In this document: positions 36,105-46,074 of the stretch, in pieces
Numbering within the stretch: position 1 is the stretch's first letter
Layout of the letters: the number at the start of each line of letters is the position of its first letter
From: an uncultured Bacillales bacterium
GTDB taxonomy: Bacteria; Bacillota_I; Bacilli_A; RFN20; CAG-449
Assembly (NCBI GenBank): GCA_946641515.1
Contig: CAMPBT010000002.1
Location: 129,471-193,470 of the forward strand
Direction: 5' to 3'
Length of the DNA stretch: 64,000 nt
The notes under the pieces: generated by a model
What the model saw: only the letters and a program-made list of their open reading frames with translations
The model's database searches: none
What the model was told of the DNA's origin: nothing
Program-made: the position numbers and the translations under genes

Positions 36105-37481
36105 TTAATTTTTATTTGAATTATCTACTTCATTTTTGACGTCTTGAGGATAATCTTCATATTGCTGAGAAGCAATAGAATCTTCTACTAAATCTCTTAC
36201 GCCAGGTTCTTTTTGTTTATTTAAAAGTTTAAGTAAGATAGGTGAAACTAAAGATGTAAATAAGATTAACATAACAACGAATGTTGAAATTGATGGATTA
36301 ATGATATTAGCGTCTACACCTTTTTGCATACAGACAAGTGCAACTTCCGCTCTAACCATCATACCTACACCAATAGATGCTGATTCTTTCCAAGTAAAGC
36401 CACAAAGTTTTGCAGTTAATCCACATCCAAGTAACTTACCAATAACGCCCATTAAGACAAATAAAATACCAAAGACTAAAAATGATGTATCAATTGCTTT
36501 AAACTGCATTCCAATACCAATATTTGCAAAGAAAATTGGAGCGAAAAAGAATCCACTAAAGATATCAGTTCTTCTATCAATATATTTCTTATCGTAGTTA
36601 TTAGATAGAATTAAGCCTGCTAAGAAAGCTCCTGTAATATCAGCAACTCCGAATACTTCTTCTGCAAACCAAGCATAAACGAAACATATTGCGAATGAAT
36701 AAATAGGAATTCTTCTATGGTGATCATATTTTTTAGCAAAGTAGTTCATTAATTTTGAAATACCTAAGCCGACACTTACGAAGACAATAAAGTATAATGC
36801 AATTGAAATAACACTACCTAATGTTTCATCTACTCCCCATGAAGATAATAAACCAATAACACCTGTTGAAGAATTTGATGCACCATCTAAGCCAAGAACT
36901 AATGATAAGACAACTACACCGATAATATCATCAAGGATAGCAGCAGAAACGACACATGTTCCCATTTCTGAATCTAATTTACCAAGTTCTTTTAATGTTG
37001 CAACAGTTACTGAAACTGATGTAGCAGTTAAAATACATCCATAGAATAATGCTTCTTTATAATTTGTAGCAATGTGAGCAAATCCACCAAAGCATAATAC
37101 CGCCATTAAGAAACCAAGTCCCATAGGAACAATAACACCTGATAGAGTAATAAATAAACTCTTAACTCCAGTAGCTTTTACTTTTTTTAAATCAGTACCT
37201 ATACCCGCACTGAACATAATAAGAATTACGCCAATTTTTGCAATGAATGAAAGACCTTCTTGAGATGATTCATTAAAGACTTGTTGGTTTGGAATAAATT
37301 TAATTAAGGATAATAATATTCCTGCAACTAAATAACCAATAACTTGTGGTAAGCCAATTTTTTGACAACCGATTGATAAAGTTTTACAAACAACTAAGAT
37401 TAATGCAATTGGTAGTAGCACTGAAACAAAGTTAATTTTTTCTGTAGCAGCTTCTGCTAAAAACATAAATGAACTAGCCAT
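36105..37481 (-). CDS. Monovalent cation:proton antiporter (CPA2/Na+-H+ exchanger family)
   Basis: 12-13 TM helices with a Kef-type fold pattern. Start at MASSFMF with GAAGGA RBS. Terminator-like hairpin after the stop at ~36070-36100. Confidence 0.7.
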   Translation of the reverse strand: MASSFMFLAEAATEKINFVSVLLPIALILVVCKTLSIGCQKIGLPQVIGYLVAGILLSLIKFIPNQQVFNESSQEGLSFIAKIGVILIMFSAGIGTDLKKVKATGVKSLFITLSGVIVPMGLGFLMAVLCFGGFAHIATNYKEALFYGCILTATSVSVTVATLKELGKLDSEMGTCVVSAAILDDIIGVVVLSLVLGLDGASNSSTGVIGLLSSWGVDETLGSVISIALYFIVFVSVGLGISKLMNYFAKKYDHHRRIPIYSFAICFVYAWFAEEVFGVADITGAFLAGLILSNNYDKKYIDRRTDIFSGFFFAPIFFANIGIGMQFKAIDTSFLVFGILFVLMGVIGKLLGCGLTAKLCGFTWKESASIGVGMMVRAEVALVCMQKGVDANIINPSISTFVVMLILFTSLVSPILLKLLNKQKEPGVRDLVEDSIASQQYEDYPQDVKNEVDNSNKN

Positions 37482-37586
37482 ATATTCATTCCTTCTTTCC
37501 TCAAATAGTCTACTCTCTAGCAATTTTATTTTCAAACAATATTAATATATTTATTAATAAATATTGGTTTGTTATAATGTTTTTGT

Positions 37587-38876
37587 ATGAATTTTGAAGA
37601 ACATTTAAAGAAATATTTAACAAATGAAGAAATTAGTAATCTTATGGATAGTTTAGATAAAATGTCTACCCATGCTTTATTAGTAAATACAAATAAAATT
37701 GATGATGAATTTCTTCTTAAGAAGTTTCCACATCTAACTAAGCACCCTTTAGTTGATCATTGTTACCTATACGACAACAATGAATATCCTTTAGGTAAAC
37801 ATATTTATTTTGAACAAGGTTTATATTATCTATTCGAACCATGTTCATCATTAATTGCCCATTACTTAAACCCTCAAGAAGATGATGTTATTTTAGATTG
37901 TGCGGCAGCACCTGGAGGCAAAGCTCTTCACACTGCAATTTTAAAGAAAAATAAAGGCATAGTAGTCGCTAATGAAATATCACGTGAACGTTCATTAGTT
38001 TTATCATCAAACGTCGAAAGAATGGGCGTTTCTAACGTTATTGTTACCAATAACTCTCTAGACGATTTTTCCTCGTTTAATGAAACATTTGATAAGATCA
38101 TTTTAGATGCACCATGTTCTGGAAGCGGTATGTTTAGAAAAGAAGATAAAATGAAAGAAGATTGGACTTATCAAAAAGTTCTTTCTCTAGCAGAACTTCA
38201 AAAAACTCTAATCATGCAAGCATATAATCTTCTTAAGCCTAGAGGAATCTTATCTTATTCAACCTGTTCTTTCTCTTATGAAGAAGATGAAGAAACAGTT
38301 CAATATTTGCTAGATAACACAAATGCAGAATTAATTGAAATAGAAGATAGAAAAGAATTCTATAAATCAAAATCTAGAATTGGTATTCACTTATTCCCTA
38401 ATTTATTTATTGGAGAAGGTCATTATCTATGTTTAATTAAAAAACCAGGTGAAATATTTACTACTAAAATCAAAGAACCTAAAGAAGATAAATACGCTCC
38501 AACATTAAGAAAAGAATTCTCTTTAGACGGATATATTTATTCTTTCGATAATATATATTATCGTTTACCACAATATTTTGATTTTAAAAAGCTTAAAGTG
38601 GTAAGAGGTGGTCTTAAACTTGGAACATTAGAAAAATATGGTTTCGATTTAGATCACGCCTTATCTCATTACTTAACTAACTATAAAAACTCAATCAATT
38701 TAAATGACGAACAAGTAACTTCTTACGTTCAGGGAAACTCAATGAACCTAGATGTTAAAGATGGTTACGTCATCATAGAATATGATGATAATGGTTTAGG
38801 ACTTGCTAAAGCGAAGAATAAAAAGGTCAATAATAAATACCCTAAAGGGTTACGAAAAAACCAAATTGTCCTATAA
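37587..38876 (+). CDS. RsmB/RsmF-family rRNA cytosine-C5 methyltransferase (intact motifs)
   Basis: DCAAAPGGKAL (SAM site), DAPCSGSGMFRK (motif IV Cys), YSTCSFSYEEDE (motif VI Cys). Confidence 0.8.
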   Translation: MNFEEHLKKYLTNEEISNLMDSLDKMSTHALLVNTNKIDDEFLLKKFPHLTKHPLVDHCYLYDNNEYPLGKHIYFEQGLYYLFEPCSSLIAHYLNPQEDDVILDCAAAPGGKALHTAILKKNKGIVVANEISRERSLVLSSNVERMGVSNVIVTNNSLDDFSSFNETFDKIILDAPCSGSGMFRKEDKMKEDWTYQKVLSLAELQKTLIMQAYNLLKPRGILSYSTCSFSYEEDEETVQYLLDNTNAELIEIEDRKEFYKSKSRIGIHLFPNLFIGEGHYLCLIKKPGEIFTTKIKEPKEDKYAPTLRKEFSLDGYIYSFDNIYYRLPQYFDFKKLKVVRGGLKLGTLEKYGFDLDHALSHYLTNYKNSINLNDEQVTSYVQGNSMNLDVKDGYVIIEYDDNGLGLAKAKNKKVNNKYPKGLRKNQIVL

Positions 38877-38980
38877 AATATTATTTCTTATATAAATATA
38901 AAAAAATATTTGCATTTACTATTTTGTTTTGCTAAACTAATCAAGGTAATTAAACAAAAGCCGCAAAGGAGGTAGAATTT

Positions 38981-39199
38981 ATGGCAAGAGTATGTCCAGT
39001 AACTGGAAAAGCACCTATCAGTGGTAACAATCGTTCCCATTCCTTAAGAGCGACTCGTAGAAGATGGAATGTCAACTTACAACCAGTTAAAGTCAATGTA
39101 AACGGACGTGTTGTAACTATGAAATTATCTGCACGCGCTATTAAGACTTTAAACAAAACTGCTAAGAAATCTGCAAAAACTGAAGAAGTAGCAGCTTAA
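38981..39199 (+). CDS. rpmB: 50S ribosomal protein L28
   Basis: MARVCPVTGKAPISGNNRSHSLRATRRRWNVNLQ; RBS AAGGAGG. Confidence 0.9.
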   Translation: MARVCPVTGKAPISGNNRSHSLRATRRRWNVNLQPVKVNVNGRVVTMKLSARAIKTLNKTAKKSAKTEEVAA

Positions 39200-39232
39200 G
39201 TTGATTCTTAACAACAAAAAATAACCACTCGA

Positions 39233-39258
39233 TTGAGTGGTTTTTTTGTTCTTTTTAA
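39233..39258 (+). terminator. Rho-independent terminator of rpmB
   Basis: AACCACTC-GATT-GAGTGGTT followed by TTTTTTTG. Confidence 0.75.
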
Positions 39259-39320
39259 AGAATCATAAAGAAGTTATTTATTTAGTCATTTTTCCAAAAA
39301 AAGCACCATCAAGGCGCTTA

Positions 39321-39971
39321 TTATAATAATGTATATATAAATATAATTAAGAAGAATAAGAATGATGCAAATACATTAATCCATTCAGCAAGCGCTAAAG
39401 GAAAAACTTTGCCTCGATTATATGTAGTGTTTCCTTTTGAATCACTACTCTTTTTCATCTTCCACCATGTAGTTAAGCTTGGAGCAAGATCAACTATTAT
39501 TAATATTGCCATAACTATAAAACTAGCAATACAAACAAATAAAGGATAAATAGCAAAATTATCTCTTAATGATAGATATCCTAATATAAAGAATGAAGCA
39601 ATATTAGTAACCATGAAGATAGAAACTATACCAACATGAATTTTATAATTAGTAGTATCAAATAAGAATAATGTAAGTAAGACAACTGCATTAATAATTA
39701 AAATTATTGCAAGGAATCTACTTGTAAATATATCGTTATTTACAAAGAACATAACATATGAAGAAAAGATTAATAAAATAACTTCAAGAGATAATACACT
39801 TTTAAAAAGGATATTGAGGTTATAATTCTTTTTACTTCTTAATTCAAATGGGAAATTCCTTAAAAATGAAACTTTCTCTTTTGTATCAACATAATATATA
39901 GCACATCCCAGTGACAAAGTAATCACCATAAAGATGAGAGTAAAAAGTAAGACTAATTGATCAAAACTCAT
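39321..39971 (-). CDS. Hypothetical polytopic membrane protein
   Basis: 216 aa, ~6 hydrophobic helices, no motif recognised. Confidence 0.5.
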   Translation of the reverse strand: MSFDQLVLLFTLIFMVITLSLGCAIYYVDTKEKVSFLRNFPFELRSKKNYNLNILFKSVLSLEVILLIFSSYVMFFVNNDIFTSRFLAIILIINAVVLLTLFLFDTTNYKIHVGIVSIFMVTNIASFFILGYLSLRDNFAIYPLFVCIASFIVMAILIIVDLAPSLTTWWKMKKSSDSKGNTTYNRGKVFPLALAEWINVFASFLFFLIIFIYTLL

Positions 39972-39973
39972 AT

Positions 39974-40636
39974 TTACCTCTTAAGAATATCGACTCTTTC
40001 TTTATAATTTTCACTTTTTAGAATGTAAGAACCCGCAACTAAAACTTCTGCACCAGCATTTTTTGCTTCTTCACAAGTTTCGTTATTAATGCCTCCATCA
40101 ACTTCAATTAAATATGAATAATTATGTTCTTTCTTTTCTTTAGCTAAATAAGCAAGTTTATCTAAAGCAATAGGCATAAACTTTTGTCCACCTTTACCAG
40201 GAACTACACTCATAATTAAAGCTAAATCAATTTTATCTAAATAAGGTTTTAATACTTCAATAGGAGTATCTGGAGATACTGCTAAACCTACTTCATAACC
40301 TTTGTCATGAACATAAGAAATTAAAGCATTAATATCTTGAGAATATGTTGCTTCATAATGGAATGTTAATAACTTAACGTGTTTCTTCATAAATCTATCT
40401 AAATATGCTTTAACATCGTTAACCATTAAGTGAACATCGATAATAGAATCATTAGTTAAAGCAGAAACAATATCAATTTCTTTACCTGTAAAAGATGTAT
40501 TAGAAACAAACTGTCCATCCATTACATCAAAGTGAATTAAATCACTGCCTGCATTAATTAAATTTGTACAAACTAAATTTAAGTTTTCTTCACTGACTCC
40601 AAGAATTGAAGGAGCAATAAGTGTTTTATTTTCCAT
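39974..40636 (-). CDS. rpe: Ribulose-phosphate 3-epimerase
   Basis: HFDVMDGQFV, HLMV and GG..N motifs; position after rsgA as in B. subtilis. Confidence 0.88.
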   Translation of the reverse strand: MENKTLIAPSILGVSEENLNLVCTNLINAGSDLIHFDVMDGQFVSNTSFTGKEIDIVSALTNDSIIDVHLMVNDVKAYLDRFMKKHVKLLTFHYEATYSQDINALISYVHDKGYEVGLAVSPDTPIEVLKPYLDKIDLALIMSVVPGKGGQKFMPIALDKLAYLAKEKKEHNYSYLIEVDGGINNETCEEAKNAGAEVLVAGSYILKSENYKERVDILKR

Positions 40637-41495
40637 AACGATCCTTTCTAAAGATTAATTCTCCTAACATATGAAGATAATTCTCATAGTTTTCTCTATC
40701 AAACTTACCTTCATTCATAAGTTCAGTAACTTTACATCCTGGTTCATTTTGGTGTAAGCAATTGCCGTATCTACATTCTTCATAATGTTCATGCGCAAAT
40801 GGGAAATACTGAGCAAGTTCTTCCTTAAAAATATCAAGTTCTAATGAAGAAAAGCCTGGAGTATCTCCAATAAACCCGCCATTATATGGAAGTAAAATAA
40901 CTTCTTTAGTTTGATGTTTACCTCTACCTAAAGCTACTGAATATTCTCCGATTTCTCTATCGTATTCAGCGTCGATTAAATTAATTAAAGAAGATTTACC
41001 AACACCAGTTTGACCCATAAAAGCAATAGTAAGTCCCTTGATTCTATCTTTAATAGCGTCAAGACCTTCTAGAGTCTTTGATGAATAAGTCATAACTTCA
41101 ACGCCAAGTAATTCATATTGTTTATAAATATGTTTAATTTTTTCTTCATCAGTAAGTAAATCTCTCTTAGTTAAAACTAATAATGGTTTAATATTACTTA
41201 GATTAAGTAAAGTTAAAAATTTATCAACTAGATATGATGAAAAAGATGGGTTTTCTAAACTCATAACAATAACACCTAAATCGATGTTCGCAATTCTTGG
41301 TCTAACTAGTTCATTTTTTCTTTCAACAATATCATCGATAGTTTTATCAGTAGGATTAATGATAACATTATCTCCTACTAATAACTTAATCTTTTTATGT
41401 TTTAAAATACCACGTGGAGTTAGTCTTAAAACAGATTTATCTTCTAGATAAACCTCATACACTCCTCCAACTGTTGATAAAATTTTTCCTACCAT
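40626..41495 (-). CDS. rsgA: Ribosome small-subunit-dependent GTPase A
   Basis: Circularly permuted GTPase: TKRDL before GQTGVGKSSLIN, and a C-terminal Zn cluster CRYGNCLHQNEPGC. Confidence 0.88.
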   Translation of the reverse strand: MVGKILSTVGGVYEVYLEDKSVLRLTPRGILKHKKIKLLVGDNVIINPTDKTIDDIVERKNELVRPRIANIDLGVIVMSLENPSFSSYLVDKFLTLLNLSNIKPLLVLTKRDLLTDEEKIKHIYKQYELLGVEVMTYSSKTLEGLDAIKDRIKGLTIAFMGQTGVGKSSLINLIDAEYDREIGEYSVALGRGKHQTKEVILLPYNGGFIGDTPGFSSLELDIFKEELAQYFPFAHEHYEECRYGNCLHQNEPGCKVTELMNEGKFDRENYENYLHMLGELIFRKDRYGK

Positions 41496-41497
41496 AA

Positions 41498-42379
41498 TTA
41501 ATCTTTATTTTTTCTTCCAAATAGTCTTTCCCAGAATGATTTCTTTTGAATTGATTCAGGGTCACGAAGAATTCTATCAATATCTTTTCTTAAATCGAAA
41601 ACTGATTTATATCTATTGTTAGGATTCTTTTCACAGCATTTAATAATAATCTTTTCAACAACTACTGGAACTTTAGGATTAAGTTTTCTAACTGAAGGTA
41701 ACTTATCCTTAATATGTTTTAAAGCGACAGTAACTGGTGATTCATCATCAAAAGGAACTTTTCCTGTTAATAATTCAAAGAATGTAATACCTAATGCATA
41801 AATATCTGATTGAGGTGTAGCAGGGTTTCCTTGAGAAATTTCAGGTGCTAAATAATGTACTGAACCAATAACAACTTCTGATCTAGTAACTCTAGATGCA
41901 TTTTGGAATGTTGCAATACCAAAGTCACCAAGTTTAATTGTTGAATCGCCTGTTAAATAGACGTTTTGAGGTTTGATATCTCTATGGATTACTCCATGTT
42001 GATGAGCATGTAAAACTGCTGAGCATAATTGATACATAACATCACAAGCTTCAAGTACTGAGAATTTTCCTCTAACATTTAAGACATCTCTTAAGTTTTG
42101 TCCTTTGATTAATTCGTTAACCATATATGGTCTACCTTCAAAAGTACCTAAGTTTAAGACACGGACAATATTTTGATGATTTAAAGATGCTGCAGCACGT
42201 GCTTCTCTTTCAAATCTAGTTAGGTTAACAGGATTTTTCATCGTATCTTCTTTAATGATTTTGATTGCAACTTCTTTACGCGCAATTAAATCTTCAGCAA
42301 GGTAAACCTGAGCCATACCACCTTCACCTAAAAGTGATTTGACTTTATATCTTTCATCGATAATTTCACCTAATTTCAT
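41498..42379 (-). CDS. Hanks-type Ser/Thr protein kinase, kinase domain only (PrkC-like, lacks TM and PASTA)
   Basis: LGEGGMAQVY...AIK, HRDIKPQN, DFG, APE motifs. The protein ends ~20 aa after the kinase domain. Confidence 0.85.
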   Translation of the reverse strand: MKLGEIIDERYKVKSLLGEGGMAQVYLAEDLIARKEVAIKIIKEDTMKNPVNLTRFEREARAAASLNHQNIVRVLNLGTFEGRPYMVNELIKGQNLRDVLNVRGKFSVLEACDVMYQLCSAVLHAHQHGVIHRDIKPQNVYLTGDSTIKLGDFGIATFQNASRVTRSEVVIGSVHYLAPEISQGNPATPQSDIYALGITFFELLTGKVPFDDESPVTVALKHIKDKLPSVRKLNPKVPVVVEKIIIKCCEKNPNNRYKSVFDLRKDIDRILRDPESIQKKSFWERLFGRKNKD

Positions 42380-43110
42380 TATTTATCCTCCCATAAAGCA
42401 ATTGCGATATTATCTTTACCACCATTTTCATTAGCTAAAGATATTAACGTATCAACTTTTTCATCAGTTGACTTGCTTGTACTCTTTAAGACATTTTCAA
42501 TATCGTTATCTTCAACCATATTGTATAAACCATCTGAACAAAGTAATATCTGTGTAAAATGTCTTTTATATGTTTTTTCAACTACTGTGACACTTGGATA
42601 AGTACCAAGTGCATTCATTAAGACGTGGCGTTTAGGATGAGTTGCCATTTGGTCTTTTGAAATCTTTCCAGTCTTATATAAGAACTGAACGTAAGTTTGA
42701 TCTTCACTAAGCTGTTCAAGAACATCATTTTCAATTGAATAACATCTTGAGTCACCGATATTAAATACACTTAATTTTCCTTTATGAAGCGCCGCAAATA
42801 TCAATGTGGTTCCCATATCTCTATATTCAATTGAGGCATTTCCCATTTCATTAACTAAGTTATTAGCAGCTCTAATCGCTCTCATGATATGCATCTTCAT
42901 ACCAATGTTAGTTCTGAATTTATCTTTTTTAAGGATTCTTTCTTTTAATTCTTTTAAAGCTAAATGAGAAGCTGTTTTTCCTGAAGCGTGACCTCCCATA
43001 CCGTCCAAGACTGCAAGGAAAACGTCTCCGTCTTTATTTACAAAAATATCGCCGGAGTCTTCATTCTTATCTCTCATTTTTCCAATATCTGTCTTGAAAC
43101 AATAACTCAT
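42379..43110 (-). CDS. stp: PP2C-family Ser/Thr phosphatase
   Basis: DIGKMRDKNEDS, LAVLDGMGGH and DN..GG motifs. Confidence 0.85.
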   Translation of the reverse strand: MSYCFKTDIGKMRDKNEDSGDIFVNKDGDVFLAVLDGMGGHASGKTASHLALKELKERILKKDKFRTNIGMKMHIMRAIRAANNLVNEMGNASIEYRDMGTTLIFAALHKGKLSVFNIGDSRCYSIENDVLEQLSEDQTYVQFLYKTGKISKDQMATHPKRHVLMNALGTYPSVTVVEKTYKRHFTQILLCSDGLYNMVEDNDIENVLKSTSKSTDEKVDTLISLANENGGKDNIAIALWEDK

Positions 43111-43112
43111 TA

Positions 43113-44150
43113 TTATAATTTTCCTTCTTCTTTTGCTCTTAATTGACCGCATGCTGCGTCAATATCGCTACCAAATTCTTTTCTAATAGTAGTTTTAACG
43201 CCATGCTTCATTAAATAATCCATAAAAGCTTTTACTTGAGAACTTTCTGCTCTATGGTAGCCATTTTCAAGTACATCGTTATATGGAATTAAATTTACAT
43301 AAGCAAATGTAGGTTTAATTAATTCTACTAATTGTTTAGCACATTCAAGAGTATCGTTAACACCTTTAATCATGATGTATTCGTAAGTTACTCTTCTACC
43401 TGCAATCTTGTTATATTCAGCAATAGCAGGAATTAACTGATCTAAAGGATAAGCTTTATTAACTTTCATTAATCTGCTTCTTAATTCGTTATTAGGAGCA
43501 TGTAAAGAAATTGCTAAGTTAATTTGTAATCCTTCATTAGCGTAATCATAAATTCTTGGCACAATACCTGATGTAGATACAGTAATATGACGAGCGCCAA
43601 TAGCAAAACCTTTTTGTTCATTAGCAACTCTAACGAAATCCATGACATTATCATAGTTATCAAAAGGTTCACCTGTACCCATAACAACAATATGAGTTAC
43701 ACGATTTCCTTCTTCTCTTAACATATCGTCAACAACAACGAGTTCACCAACCATTTCAGCGGCAGTTAAATCTCTTTGTTTTGCAAGTAATCCAGATGCA
43801 CAGAATGAGCAACCCATAGCACATCCAACCTGAGAAGTTACGCAAATAACGTTTCCATAATCATATCTCATTAAAACTGTTTCAACTTTAGAACCATCTG
43901 CAAGTTCTAATAACAATTTAATTGTTCCATCTTTAGAGACCTGTTTTACATAAACACTAGGTTTATCTAAACAATATTTTTCTTTTAAGACATCTCTAAA
44001 AGACTTGGAAATATCTGACATATCATCAAAATTAGTGACATGCTTTTCATAAATCCAAGAATAAAGTTGCTTAGCGCGGAACTTACTTTGTCCTTCGCTA
44101 AGCATCTGTTGTTCTAATTTGTATAAAGGTAATCCGTATAAATTAATCAT
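43113..44150 (-). CDS. rlmN: 23S rRNA/tRNA A2503/A37 C2-methyltransferase RlmN
   Basis: Radical-SAM CAMGCSFC cluster, conserved Cys pair and GTGEP motif. Confidence 0.9.
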   Translation of the reverse strand: MINLYGLPLYKLEQQMLSEGQSKFRAKQLYSWIYEKHVTNFDDMSDISKSFRDVLKEKYCLDKPSVYVKQVSKDGTIKLLLELADGSKVETVLMRYDYGNVICVTSQVGCAMGCSFCASGLLAKQRDLTAAEMVGELVVVDDMLREEGNRVTHIVVMGTGEPFDNYDNVMDFVRVANEQKGFAIGARHITVSTSGIVPRIYDYANEGLQINLAISLHAPNNELRSRLMKVNKAYPLDQLIPAIAEYNKIAGRRVTYEYIMIKGVNDTLECAKQLVELIKPTFAYVNLIPYNDVLENGYHRAESSQVKAFMDYLMKHGVKTTIRKEFGSDIDAACGQLRAKEEGKL

Positions 44151-45429
44151 TTTTTTCTTCTGCTACTTTCTTTTGTTTTTTAAGTCTTGCGTAGTAGATA
44201 CCTTCGCCCTTATATTCATATGGGAAGATTAATTTCTCATCTAAAAGTGAGAAATCTGGGTGAGATTCTAAGAATGTTCTAACTGCAAGGAAACTTTCTT
44301 TCTTGTTTAATGTTGATACATAGTAATCAAGTTCTCCATCATCCTTTAAGAATGTTGAAGCTTCTTGTAAGTATTTTTGTTGTTCTTCAAGATATTTATC
44401 AATATCATCACGGTCTAATTGAAGTAAGACTTCTGGTCTTTTTCTTGCAAGTCCAATATTAGTTGATGGAGCAGCACAAATAACTCTATCTTGAGAGCCT
44501 AATGCAACTGAAGTAATAATTGAACTATATTCTGAGACAAAAAGATTAATTGCTTTTGATTGGAACTTAGAAACAACTTTTGCAGCTTGCAAGTAATCTT
44601 CTTGAGTAGGAGTTGCATAATTAACTTTACCTAAGTCGTTAATACCGCAGATTGTTGCAAGAGCAACTGAAGGATCATTATGTCCCATTAAAAGAATTGT
44701 TTCTGCTTGTTCTAAAGCAAAATCTTCAATCATCTTTTGTTTTGATTGATCCATGACAAAGATTTTCTTTTGTAAGAATAATTGTTCTTCAAATAGTTTA
44801 TCTTTACCAATGAAATTGTATGATGTTGAACATGTATCAGTTTTTTCAAAATTTGCTGATGCAAGTGGAGCATCTACTAACATCTTGTTGATTGATACTG
44901 AAATTGGAGCCCCTTTTCTAGAAAGTGAAATACTCTTAACTGTATTTTTAGTTCCAAAATGTTTTCTCATCATAGTGATTAACCATTCTGGGTAAGAATA
45001 TGTAAGAGCGATTCTTCTAGCAAAATTGTTATTAATTTCATCACTTAATTGAGTAGGTCCTTTTGCTAATGCTTCAATGCATGAACCTGCTTTTACTTCA
45101 TCAATAGCGTTTTCTTCACCTTCATTTAAGATTTGTGATAATTCAACTTTTAAATTACCTAAATCTACTCCTCTAGCATAACGTGCAAACGCTACTGCTA
45201 AAGCCATCTTTTCTTTTTGGGTATCTGAAGCATCTTTAAAATAGTTTGAGATTTCCCAATTTAAGAAATAGAAACGATTGATGTAAGCTTTTAATGTGTC
45301 TTTTACAGGGATTAGATCTTTTGCGTCAATTATCCCAACATTAACTGCCTTATTAATGCAGTAAGCAAAAGTCATTTCCTTGTTTTTAATTTTTTGAATT
45401 AAATCGTATGTGTAAGATAGTATGTTCAT
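44143..45429 (-). CDS. RsmB(Sun)-like protein with NusB-like N-domain but degenerate methyltransferase motifs (possible pseudoenzyme)
   Basis: Occupies the rsmB slot upstream of rlmN. The C-terminus parallels RsmB (YYVSTLNKKESFLAVRTFLESHPDF), but motif IV reads AAPST instead of DAPCS and motif VI reads VSTL instead of TCS. No DxCAAPGGK SAM motif seen. Confidence 0.55.
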   Translation of the reverse strand: MNILSYTYDLIQKIKNKEMTFAYCINKAVNVGIIDAKDLIPVKDTLKAYINRFYFLNWEISNYFKDASDTQKEKMALAVAFARYARGVDLGNLKVELSQILNEGEENAIDEVKAGSCIEALAKGPTQLSDEINNNFARRIALTYSYPEWLITMMRKHFGTKNTVKSISLSRKGAPISVSINKMLVDAPLASANFEKTDTCSTSYNFIGKDKLFEEQLFLQKKIFVMDQSKQKMIEDFALEQAETILLMGHNDPSVALATICGINDLGKVNYATPTQEDYLQAAKVVSKFQSKAINLFVSEYSSIITSVALGSQDRVICAAPSTNIGLARKRPEVLLQLDRDDIDKYLEEQQKYLQEASTFLKDDGELDYYVSTLNKKESFLAVRTFLESHPDFSLLDEKLIFPYEYKGEGIYYARLKKQKKVAEEKND

Positions 45430-45497
45430 AATAGGTACTCCTTTTTCTTATAATATCACGAAAGTGTAACAAATGTGAGCAATTTTGTATATATAAT

Positions 45498-45527
45498 ACA
45501 AAAAAAGGGCACTAAGCCCTAGTTTTT
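45498..45527 (-). terminator. Rho-independent terminator after the 165-aa ORF (bidirectional-looking)
   Basis: AGGGC-ACTAA-GCCCT flanked by A-run and T-run. Confidence 0.6.
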
Positions 45528-46023
45528 AATGTCTTTTTGCTAATTCATCGAATGAAAGTGGTCTTTCTTCGTCTTCTTCTAAATCTTTTTTAACTTTTGA
45601 GAAGATATCTCCAGTGTAAACTTCGACATTGTCGTCATCTTCATATTCACCTTCATCATTAACTGGTTTTGCATTTTCGAAAGTTAAGAATCTTGGATAT
45701 TCATTATTAACTTTCTGATAAACATTAGCTTCTTTGATGTAGTTGAAATATACAGTGATGTGAATTGCTACTTGTGTTAATTCTTCAAGTAATAATTCCG
45801 CTACTGCTTTTTGTTTAGAAGCAAATTTTTCTTCAGCATCAATTCTTACATAAAGATTGATTGAAGTTTGTTCATGTCCTTTGTAGTAGACAAATGAATC
45901 GAAAGCTGAGAAAACAACTTCTTCTTCATTTACGCCAAATGCTTTAGCGACTTTTGTATGTAGTTTTGCACTTACTTCACCTACTTGGTAAAGATCCATG
46001 CCAATAAAAGATACGTTAATCAT
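45526..46023 (-). CDS. Hypothetical 165-aa protein with acidic C-terminal tail
   Basis: ORF directly downstream of priA; no motif recognised. Confidence 0.5.
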   Translation of the reverse strand: MINVSFIGMDLYQVGEVSAKLHTKVAKAFGVNEEEVVFSAFDSFVYYKGHEQTSINLYVRIDAEEKFASKQKAVAELLLEELTQVAIHITVYFNYIKEANVYQKVNNEYPRFLTFENAKPVNDEGEYEDDDNVEVYTGDIFSKVKKDLEEDEERPLSFDELAKRH

Positions 46024-46074
46024 AATTTTTTTACCTCGAAATATAGTATATCTAATTTAAATTAGATAATCAAT

